The notes under the pieces are model-generated. The model saw only the letters and a list, made by a program, of their open reading frames with translations, searched no databases and had not been told where the DNA came from. From contig CAVGGQ010000047.1 of NCBI GenBank assembly GCA_963628785.1, forward strand, positions 1 to 16,192: a stretch of 16,192 bases of DNA. The letters run 5' to 3'. Shown here piece by piece: positions 7,731 through 14,077 of this stretch. The DNA is from Oscillospiraceae bacterium (GTDB lineage Bacteria; Bacillota; Clostridia; Oscillospirales; Oscillospiraceae). Made by a program: the position numbers and the translations under genes. Positions within the stretch are counted from its first letter, which is position 1. Each line of letters starts with the position of its first letter.

Positions 7731-7751
7731 AGCACTGCCTCCCGAGGAAAA

Positions 7752-10148
7752 TTACTTGGAGGTGAGGCGGGTGGCCTCGGTGTACTTCTTGAAGAACAGC
7801 ATGTAGATCATCGCAGCGAGCACTGCCAGAGCGGCGATCAGGCCGATGACATTGACGTTGCCGGTGAAGAGGTTGCCGAACTGGTTGACCATGAGAGCGA
7901 CGCAGTAAGCGAAGCCGCACTGATAGCCGATGGCGAACCAGGTCCAGCTCGAGTTGTTCATCTCGCGCTTGATGGCGCCCATAGCAGCGAAGCAGGGAGC
8001 GCACAGCAGGTTGAACACGAGGAACGAATAGCCGGTGACCGGAGTGAACGCACTGCCGAGGGTCTCCCAGACCGTTCCGCTTCCGCTGCCGTAGAGGATG
8101 CCGAGCGTGCCGACGATGTTCTCCTTCGCAACGAGGCCGGTGATGGAGGCGACAGCCGCCTGCCAGTTGCCCCAGCCGAGAGGAATGAAGAGCCATGCAA
8201 TGGCACTGCCGATCTTGGCGAGGATGGAGTAGTCGATCTGATCTTCGGAGAGCATCCGGAAGGTTCCGTCGACCCAGCCGAAGTACGTGGTGAACCAGAC
8301 AAAGATGGTGGACAGAGTGATGATGGTGCCGGCCTTCTTAATGAAGCTCCAGCCGCGCTCCCACATGCTGCGGAGAACATTGCCGACGGTGGGCATATGG
8401 TACGCAGGCAGCTCCATAACGAACGGGGCGGGGTCGCCGGCGAAGCGCTTGGTTTTCTTGAGGATGATGCCGGAAACAACGATGGAGGCCATGCCGACGA
8501 AGTAGGCGGAGGTGGAGACCCACGCGCTGCCGCCGAAGATGGCGCCGGCGATCATGCCGATGAACGGGACTTTCGCGCCGCAGGGGATAAAGGTCGTGGT
8601 CATGATGGTCATACGGCGGTCACGTTCGTTTTCGATCGTACGCGAGGCCATGATGCCCGGCACGCCGCAGCCGGTGCCGATGAGCATCGGGATGAACGAT
8701 TTGCCGGAAAGACCGAACTTACGGAACACACGGTCCAGAACGAAGGCGATACGGGCCATGTAGCCGCAGGCCTCGAGGAATGCGAGCAGGAGGAACAGAA
8801 CGAGCATCTGCGGCACGAAGCCGAGGACCGCGCCGACACCGGCGACGATACCGTCGAGGATCAGTCCGCTGAGCCAATCGGCGCAGTTGAGGGATTCCAG
8901 CAGGTTGGAAACGAGAGTGGGGATGCCGGGGACCCATACGCCGTAGTTCGCCGGGTCGGGCTCTTCGCCGTACGATTCGAGGGTGGCGAGGGCTGCCTCG
9001 TAATCTTCAACGGTGGCTTCCTCGGTGGAAACTTCGAGAGTCTCTTCGTCTTCCACTTCGTAGGTGAACTTGCCGTCGGCGGGCTCGCCGTTTTCTTCGA
9101 CATACGCTTCGTAGCCTTCAACGATGGTCGCGGCGTCGCCGTACTCTTCGGATGCCTCGTTGTATGCGGAGGAGCCGATCCAGAAGAGGTGCCAGCCGTC
9201 GCCGAACACGCCGTCGTTCATCCAGTCGGTCGCGGGGGCACCGACGCCGACCATGGCGATCCAGTAAACGAGGTACATGATGACCGCGAAGATGGGCAGG
9301 CCCAGCCAGCGGTTCGTGACGACCTTATCGATCTTATCGGAGGTGGAGAGCTTGCCGACGTTTTTCTTCTTGTAGCAGGCCTTGATGACTTCGGCAATGT
9401 AGATGTAGCGCTCGTTGGTGATGATGCTCTCGGCGTCGTCGTCCAGCTCTTTCTCGGCGGCGGCGATGTCGGCTTCCACATGCTTCTTGAGCTCATCGCT
9501 CATCTTCAGGTTCTCGAGGACCTTGTCGTCGCGCTCGAACACCTTGATGGCGTACCAGCGCTGCTGCTCTTCGGGCATCTCGTGCACGACGGCCTCTTCG
9601 ATGTGGGCGATGGCGTGCTCGACCGGGCCGGAGAACTTGTGCTGCGGAAGGGTCTTGCCGTTCTTTGCGGCCTCAATGGCGGCCTCGGCGGCTTCCTTGA
9701 CGCCCTCGTTCTTCAGAGCGGAGATCTCCACGACCTTGCAACCGAGCTGACGGGACAGCTCCTGGATGTTGATCTGGTCGCCGTTTTTGCGGACAACATC
9801 CATCATGTTCACGGCGATGACAACGGGAATGCCGAGCTCGGTGAGCTGCGTGGTGAGGTACAGGTTGCGCTCGAGGTTGGTGCCGTCGATGATGTTCAAA
9901 ATGGCATCTGGACGGGTGCCGATGAGGTAATTTCTTGCTACGACTTCCTCCAGCGTGTACGGGGAGAGGGAGTAAATGCCCGGAAGGTCGGTGATGATAA
10001 CACCTTCGTGACCTTTGAGCTTGCCTTCTTTCTTTTCGACCGTGACACCGGGCCAGTTGCCTACGAACTGGTTGGAGCCGGTCAGCGCATTGAACAGGGT
10101 GGTCTTACCGCTGTTCGGGTTGCCCGCCAGGGCGATACGCAAATCCAT
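7752..10148 (-). CDS. feoB: Ferrous iron transporter FeoB
   Basis: 798 aa. N-terminal G-domain motifs GNPNSGKTTLFNALTG, DLPG and NMMD. The polytopic membrane domain carries the conserved blocks LLAFLEACGYMARIAFVLDR and FIPCGAKVP. RBS AGGAAG lies 8 nt upstream. Confidence 0.97.
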   Translation of the reverse strand: MDLRIALAGNPNSGKTTLFNALTGSNQFVGNWPGVTVEKKEGKLKGHEGVIITDLPGIYSLSPYTLEEVVARNYLIGTRPDAILNIIDGTNLERNLYLTTQLTELGIPVVIAVNMMDVVRKNGDQINIQELSRQLGCKVVEISALKNEGVKEAAEAAIEAAKNGKTLPQHKFSGPVEHAIAHIEEAVVHEMPEEQQRWYAIKVFERDDKVLENLKMSDELKKHVEADIAAAEKELDDDAESIITNERYIYIAEVIKACYKKKNVGKLSTSDKIDKVVTNRWLGLPIFAVIMYLVYWIAMVGVGAPATDWMNDGVFGDGWHLFWIGSSAYNEASEEYGDAATIVEGYEAYVEENGEPADGKFTYEVEDEETLEVSTEEATVEDYEAALATLESYGEEPDPANYGVWVPGIPTLVSNLLESLNCADWLSGLILDGIVAGVGAVLGFVPQMLVLFLLLAFLEACGYMARIAFVLDRVFRKFGLSGKSFIPMLIGTGCGVPGIMASRTIENERDRRMTIMTTTFIPCGAKVPFIGMIAGAIFGGSAWVSTSAYFVGMASIVVSGIILKKTKRFAGDPAPFVMELPAYHMPTVGNVLRSMWERGWSFIKKAGTIITLSTIFVWFTTYFGWVDGTFRMLSEDQIDYSILAKIGSAIAWLFIPLGWGNWQAAVASITGLVAKENIVGTLGILYGSGSGTVWETLGSAFTPVTGYSFLVFNLLCAPCFAAMGAIKREMNNSSWTWFAIGYQCGFAYCVALMVNQFGNLFTGNVNVIGLIAALAVLAAMIYMLFFKKYTEATRLTSK

Positions 10149-10195
10149 GATTCACGCTTCCTTTCTGCTCTCAAATAGCAATTTGCTTTCTCGAA

Positions 10196-10417
10196 TCACT
10201 CGACTTCGATCATTTCGGCGTCGGCTTTACGAAGCGACAGCTCGTAGTTGCGGACGGTAACTTCAATGGGATCGCCCAGAGGTGCGACCTTGCGGACGTA
10301 GACCTCAGTGCCTCTCGTGATGCCCATATCCATAATGCGGCGCTTCACGGCACCTTCGCCATGGAGCTTCACAACTTTAACGGTAGCTCCGACAGGCACT
10401 TCGCGAAGAGTTTTCAT
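10196..10417 (-). CDS. feoA: FeoA family protein (copy 2, proximal to feoB)
   Basis: 73 aa SH3-like FeoA pattern: L.EVPVGATVKVVKLHGEGAVKRRIMDMGITRGTEVYVRKVAPLGDPIEVTVRNYELSLRKADAEMIEV. AGGAGG lies 10 nt upstream. Confidence 0.9.
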   Translation of the reverse strand: MKTLREVPVGATVKVVKLHGEGAVKRRIMDMGITRGTEVYVRKVAPLGDPIEVTVRNYELSLRKADAEMIEVE

Positions 10418-10448
10418 GCGGATGTCTCCTCCTTATGTAAATATTATT

Positions 10449-10661
10449 TCAGACCATGATCTTGCGCGCCAGCTCATCGTTGACGGCTACGCGGGATTCC
10501 TTCACTTTCACGATCAGGTTTCCGCCGAGGGTGTTGACGATGCAAACCTCGCCGCCGACCGTGAAGCCGAGATCTTCCAGATGGCGCTTCATTTCGGGAT
10601 TTCCGCTGATGCGTTTTACAATCTGCGGCTCGCCGACCGACGCCAGTGCCAAAGGCATCAT
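10449..10661 (-). CDS. feoA: FeoA family protein (copy 1, first gene of the operon)
   Basis: 70 aa: LASVGEPQIVKRISGNPEMKRHLEDLGFTVGGEVCIVNTLGGNLIVKVKESRVAVNDELARKIMV. GAGGAGG lies 7 nt upstream of the ATG. Confidence 0.85.
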   Translation of the reverse strand: MMPLALASVGEPQIVKRISGNPEMKRHLEDLGFTVGGEVCIVNTLGGNLIVKVKESRVAVNDELARKIMV

Positions 10662-10726
10662 ACTGCAGCCTCCTCATCTTCGGGCTAAGTGCGGCCTGCG
10701 CGGCCGAACTTGCATGCATAGTAACG

Positions 10727-10773
10727 GTTAGAACTCCCTAACTGCGTTTATATAATAGTTACACAATGCTAAC
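10727..10773. promoter_or_regulatory. Two copies of a GTTA-N8-TAAC dyad (candidate metalloregulator operators)
   Basis: GTTAgaactcccTAAC at 10727-10742 and GTTAcacaatgcTAAC at 10758-10773. Both have identical half-sites and spacing, with centres 31 bp apart. One fills the -35/-10 spacer of the feo promoter and the other lies just downstream of the expected transcription start. Confidence 0.5.
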
Positions 10774-10780
10774 TTGTCAA
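10752..10780 (-). promoter_or_regulatory. Sigma-A-type promoter of the feoA-feoA-feoB operon
   Basis: Read on the minus strand: consensus TTGACA (10775-10780), 17 nt spacer, TATTAT (10752-10757). It lies about 90 nt upstream of the first feoA start. Confidence 0.75.
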
Positions 10781-10826
10781 GAAAAAATTTTGTTTCTTTT
10801 GTATTTCGTCGAACTGACACAAAATC

Positions 10827-10855
10827 TTGCAATCTTTTCTGCCGTATGGTATTAT
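10827..10855 (+). promoter_or_regulatory. Sigma-A-type promoter of the DtxR-family regulator gene
   Basis: TTGCAA (10827-10832), 17 nt spacer, TATTAT (10850-10855), preceded by TGg (extended -10). It lies about 80 nt upstream of the ATG at 10936. Confidence 0.7.
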
Positions 10856-10935
10856 TTAACAAGAATCGGCACGTGAAAGCCGCGTGCGAACGAAAAAAGA
10901 CTCTCGTCTGAGAAGAAACGGAGAAATCGGATAGT

Positions 10936-11325
10936 ATGATCATGCAGGAATCCGGGGAAATGTACCTCGAAACCATATACCGCCTCTCGCTGGTGCTGCC
11001 CGTGGTGCGCTCGATCGATGTGAGCGAATACATGGGCTACTCGAAGCCGTCGGTGAGCCGCGCCATCGGCATTTTGAAAAGCGAGGAACTTATCACGGTC
11101 GATAAGCTCGGCTACATCAAGCTCACCGACGCCGGCCGCGAGCACGCCAAGAACATCTACGACCGCCACAAATGCCTCACAAAGCTCTTTACGCTCATCG
11201 GCGTAAGCCCCGAAACGGCCGCCGACGACGCCTGCCGCGTAGAGCACTACATCAGCGACGAGACCTTCCAAGCCATCAAACGCCGCCTGGCCGAACTCGA
11301 AACGGAAGAAGAAACCGAGAAATAA
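10936..11325 (+). CDS. DtxR/MntR-family metal-dependent transcriptional regulator (short form, no SH3/FeoA-like C-domain)
   Basis: 129 aa. N-terminal pattern SGEMYLETIYRL...VRSIDVSEYMGYSKPSVSRAIGILKSEELI (wHTH), then a dimerisation/metal-site helix region GREHAKNIYDRHKCLTKLF..IGVS...A..DACRVEHYISDET. It is divergent from the feo operon. The start could alternatively be the ATG at 10942. Confidence 0.85.
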   Translation: MIMQESGEMYLETIYRLSLVLPVVRSIDVSEYMGYSKPSVSRAIGILKSEELITVDKLGYIKLTDAGREHAKNIYDRHKCLTKLFTLIGVSPETAADDACRVEHYISDETFQAIKRRLAELETEEETEK

Positions 11326-11339
11326 AGAGAACAAATCAA

Positions 11340-11370
11340 GGGGTGCTCACCGGAATGGGCACCCCTTTTT
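11340..11370 (+). terminator. Rho-independent terminator after the regulator gene
   Basis: Stem GGGGTGC (11340-11346) / GCACCCC (11359-11365), followed by TTTTT (11366-11370). Confidence 0.8.
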
Positions 11371-11458
11371 CATGCGTACACTCTGCGAACGCCGCATCCG
11401 ATAGGATACCGGCAGGCTCCGGGTGCACTGCTCCGGGCTGCCATGGGAGATATCGGTA

Positions 11459-11653
11459 TCAGCCGAAACGACCCTGCACGTAGTCTTCGGTGCGCTTGTC
11501 GTCCGGGGAGGAGAAGATTTTCTTTGTGCCGGCCGTTTCCACGAGGTGGCCGAGCAGGAAAAACGCGGTCTTGTCGGAGATACGCGCGGCCTGCTGCATG
11601 TTGTGCGTCACGATGACGATGCCGCTTTCTTTTTCATGACCCGCAAACAGACC
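11459..11653 (-). pseudogene. pstB: 3' remnant of pstB (phosphate ABC transporter ATP-binding protein); C-terminal ~55-60 codons only
   Basis: My minus-strand translation reads ...[59 protein letters not shown], with the stop at 11459-11461. This closely matches the remembered PstB C-terminus (..[17 protein letters not shown]...G.L.E...T..IF..P....TEDYI.GRFG). The frame closes at a TAA at 11663-11665. There is no start codon and no Walker A, signature or Walker B region upstream, where the sequence becomes AT-rich and non-coding. The fragment is too short for the ORF track. Confidence 0.8.
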
Positions 11654-11808
11654 TCTTAAATATTATAATGTACAAACTTCCCCGCTTACGGCGAAAAGTA
11701 TAATCCCCCGCTGTAAAATCCGTTATCCGAGGTCTGTAAAATATGTGTAAAGCGGAAAATTTTGCGAAAACCGGAAAGGCAGCCCCGGCTGCGCCCAATA
11801 CAAAGCAT

Positions 11809-11858
11809 GAAAAACGCGCCCTTCCCGAACCGGGTATTCCGGCGGGAGGGGCGCGTTT
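11809..11858 (-). terminator. Rho-independent terminator after the HAD gene
   Basis: Read on the minus strand: AACGCGCCC.TCCC ... GGGA.GGGCGCGTT (outer 9-bp stem, plus strand 11813-11821 / 11849-11857, with inner pairings), followed by TTTTT (plus-strand A-run 11810-11814). It begins about 15 nt after the stop at 11872. Confidence 0.8.
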
Positions 11859-11871
11859 CTATGTGATAAGA

Positions 11872-12675
11872 TCAGCTGTTTTTCGCTGCCGCTTCGTCGG
11901 CGGCTTTTACGATATCGCCTACGCCGGGGAGGACGGCGGTGGGGCGGTAGGCGTATTCTTTCAGGGTGTGTTCGTTGGAGATGCCGGAGAGGACGAGGAC
12001 GGTGCTCATGCCGCATTCCATGCCGGAGATGACATCGGTGTCCATCCGGTCGCCGACCATGACGGCCTCGTCGCTGTGGCAGTCGAGGCGGCGCAGACCC
12101 GTGCGCATCATGAGCGGGTTCGGCTTGCCGCAGAAATAGGCCTGCCGTCCGGTAGCCAGCTCAATGGGCGCGATGAGCGCGCGGCAGGCGGGCGCGATGC
12201 CGTTTTCGATGGGGCCGGAGATGTCGGAGTTCGCGCCGATGAGCTTCGCTCCGGCGAGCACGAGATTTGTGGCGCGCGTGAGTGAATCGAGGGAATAATT
12301 GCGGCCCTCGCCCACGACCACATAGTCGGGGTTCACATCGTTCATCGTGATGCCGGCGTCGTAGAGGGCGTTGAGAAGCCCCGCCTCGCCGATGACATAC
12401 GCCGAGCATCCGGGCGCCTGATCGCGCAGAAACGCCGCCGTGGCGAGTGCGCTCGTGTAGAAGCGCTGTTCGGGCACATCAAGCCCCATGCGCGCGAGCT
12501 TCTGTTTGAGCTCGAGCGGGGTGCAGCCGCTGTTGTTCGTCAGGAACAGATATTCCTTGCCGGTGCGCTGCAGCCAGTCAATAAACTCTGGCACCCCCGG
12601 AAGGATCTTGTTGCCGTGATAGATCACGCCGTCCATATCGCATATGAACCCTTTTTTCTCATTAAAATCGAGCAT
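11872..12675 (-). CDS. HAD-IIA family hydrolase (NagD-like sugar-phosphate phosphatase family)
   Basis: The start is trimmed to the ATG at 12673-12675 (MLDFNEKKGFICDMDGVIYHG...), which has AGGAG 7 nt upstream. HAD motif I is DMDGV, motif II is LTNNS, and motifs III/IV are GKP...GDRMDTDV. Length is ~267 aa. Confidence 0.9.
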   Translation of the reverse strand: MLDFNEKKGFICDMDGVIYHGNKILPGVPEFIDWLQRTGKEYLFLTNNSGCTPLELKQKLARMGLDVPEQRFYTSALATAAFLRDQAPGCSAYVIGEAGLLNALYDAGITMNDVNPDYVVVGEGRNYSLDSLTRATNLVLAGAKLIGANSDISGPIENGIAPACRALIAPIELATGRQAYFCGKPNPLMMRTGLRRLDCHSDEAVMVGDRMDTDVISGMECGMSTVLVLSGISNEHTLKEYAYRPTAVLPGVGDIVKAADEAAAKNS

Positions 12676-12730
12676 TCTTTTTCTCCTCTGATGTTTAATT
12701 ATCGTATATGTATAGTAATGTCGCGGCGAA

Positions 12731-12739
12731 TTGCAAGCC
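12731..12739. repeat. Left copy of the 9-bp direct repeat TTGCAAGCC flanking the AAA_14/DUF4143 gene
   Basis: TTGCAAGCC at 12731-12739 is identical to 14072-14080 (1341 bp apart). On the minus strand it reads GGCTTGCAA. Its TTGCAA is positioned as a possible -35 for the HAD gene, with a weak TATACA -10 16 nt downstream. Confidence 0.6.
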
Positions 12740-12740
12740 G

Positions 12741-14006
12741 TCAAATGATCCAGGCTGGTACATACCAGTTCTTTTTATCGATCGGGAGAATGTCCGGCGG
12801 CATGCATACAACGGCACCGGTACCGATCTGCGTTTTCTGATGGGCGGCTCCGGAGGACAGACTGTCGGGATCCGGCTCCTGCTCAATGGGATCCAGCACG
12901 CCGAAATTTTTCGTAGCCTCCTTGGGCGCAGCGCCCTTTTTTATTTCGACCGGCGAGACGATGCCGTCCTGACAGATGATAAGGTCGATCTCCTTTTTGC
13001 TGCTGTCGCGGTAGAAATAAAGCGGCGGTCGGGAGATACCGACGTTCAGGTAGCTTTTGTAGATCTCGGAGACGACCCATGTCTCGAAAAACGCACCGTC
13101 CATCGCACCGCGCTCCAGCGTCTCCGCGCTTGTCCATCGAGTAAGGTGGGCACACAGACCCGTGTCGAGAAAATACATCCGCGGTGTTTTGATCACCCGC
13201 TTGAGGGCATTGTTCGAATACGGCTGAATGAGCGCGACGAGACCGGCGGACACCAGGAGAGAAAGCCAGTGCTTCGCCGTGGGGGCGGAAATGCCGACCT
13301 CCGAGGCGAGGGTCTCATAGTTCACATTTGTCGCCGTGCGCGCTGCCGCAACAGCCATAAAATTCAAAAAAGCCGTTTCGTCCCCTACCTGGGACAGGTC
13401 TTTGATATCGCGGCTGATATAGGTCTCTATATAAGACTCATAGTACTGCTCGCGGTCTACCGATTCGTTTTCATAGAGCCGGGGCATTGAGCCTTTGAAG
13501 ATACGCTCATAAACCTCGGTGATGTTCATATGGGGCGCATCCTTCATGCGGCTCATCCATGCCGAGACATCGGCGGTAAATGCGGGGAAATGATTGCCGC
13601 AGATTTCACTGTTGGAGAGACCGAGCATGCGAACGATCCCCGCACGGCCGGCAAGCGATTCCGTGACGCGCTGCATCATGCGGAATGTCTGTGAGCCTGT
13701 GAGCCAAAAATCTCCGCATCGCTTCTCGCGGTCAACATAGACTTTGATATAATCGAAAAGCTCCGGCGCGTATTGCACTTCATCAATGAGCACGGGCGGC
13801 GCATATCTCTGCAAAAAAAGCTCCGGGTCGCGTTTCGCAAAAGCGCGGATGGTCGGGTTGTCCAACGAAACGACGGTTCGATCGCTCCCGGCCAGGTGCG
13901 TGAGAAGCGTTGTTTTCCCGACCTGCCGTGGACCCGTTACGATCAGAACGGGAAAGGTATCGTTGATTTTCTCTATCACCGGCGCAAGGGTGCGCTCATA
14001 ATACAT
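12741..14006 (-). CDS. AAA+ ATPase (AAA_14-like) fused to a DUF4143-type wHTH / PD-(D/E)xK-like nuclease domain
   Basis: 421 aa. RBS GGAGG lies 7 nt upstream. Walker A is GPRQVGKTT (nt 13908-13934) and Walker B is PVLIDEVQ. An HTH-like segment reads NYETLASEVGISAPTAKHWLSLLVSAGLV. The C-terminal pattern FFETWV...KKEIDLIICQDGIVSPVEIKKG fits E...D-x12-E-x-K. The domain names are from my memory of Pfam PF13173/PF13635. Confidence 0.8.
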   Translation of the reverse strand: MYYERTLAPVIEKINDTFPVLIVTGPRQVGKTTLLTHLAGSDRTVVSLDNPTIRAFAKRDPELFLQRYAPPVLIDEVQYAPELFDYIKVYVDREKRCGDFWLTGSQTFRMMQRVTESLAGRAGIVRMLGLSNSEICGNHFPAFTADVSAWMSRMKDAPHMNITEVYERIFKGSMPRLYENESVDREQYYESYIETYISRDIKDLSQVGDETAFLNFMAVAAARTATNVNYETLASEVGISAPTAKHWLSLLVSAGLVALIQPYSNNALKRVIKTPRMYFLDTGLCAHLTRWTSAETLERGAMDGAFFETWVVSEIYKSYLNVGISRPPLYFYRDSSKKEIDLIICQDGIVSPVEIKKGAAPKEATKNFGVLDPIEQEPDPDSLSSGAAHQKTQIGTGAVVCMPPDILPIDKKNWYVPAWII

Positions 14007-14027
14007 TCAAAGCCCTCCTTTTTTGCA

Positions 14028-14052
14028 AAATCCAAAATCATATTTTAGATTT
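14028..14052. promoter_or_regulatory. 25-bp near-perfect palindrome overlapping the -10 / start site of the ATPase promoter
   Basis: AAATCcAAAATcatATTTTaGATTT. Two nested arm pairs (AAATC/GATTT and AAAAT/ATTTT) give 10 paired positions around a CAT centre. It lies between the -10 box and the RBS of the 12741..14006 gene. Confidence 0.45.
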
Positions 14053-14077
14053 TACAACATTTGAGCCCCTTTTGCAA
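14049..14077 (-). promoter_or_regulatory. Sigma-A-type promoter dedicated to the AAA_14/DUF4143 gene
   Basis: Read on the minus strand: TTGCAA (14072-14077), 17 nt spacer, TAAAAT (14049-14054). It lies about 40 nt upstream of the ATG at 14006. Confidence 0.7.

Noticed and set aside
8397-10178. 593-aa plus-strand ORF
   Set aside because: It is exactly antisense to feoB, whose identity is certain. The composition is a low-complexity Gly/Asp/Ala/Val shadow.
10721-10745. Possible canonical DtxR/IdeR 19-bp box (TTAGGTTAGCCTAACCTAA-like) around GGTTAG...CTAAC
   Set aside because: The half-sites are present, but the spacing is wrong (6-8 nt between the arms versus 1 nt in the canonical box). I therefore report it as a distinct GTTA-N8-TAAC dyad, not as a DtxR box.
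11405-11460. Imperfect long hairpin GATACCGGCAG...CTGCC...CGGTATC with an internal GCTCCGGG direct repeat, downstream of the pstB remnant
   Set aside because: It has a large asymmetric internal loop and no U-tract. It may be a relic of the original pst terminator, but the evidence is too weak for a feature call.
11640-11662. Tiny ORF (TTG/ATG ... MKKKAASSS*) with an AAGAGG RBS-like element and a TATAAT at the head of the pstB fragment
   Set aside because: It is only 9-12 codons long and in a different frame from the PstB remnant. There is no supporting -35 box, so it is indistinguishable from chance.
11743-13490. Plus-strand ORFs 11743..12285 and 12708..13490
   Set aside because: They lie antisense to the HAD and AAA_14/DUF4143 genes, which both have an RBS and catalytic motifs. 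The first ORF also reads through the HAD terminator.
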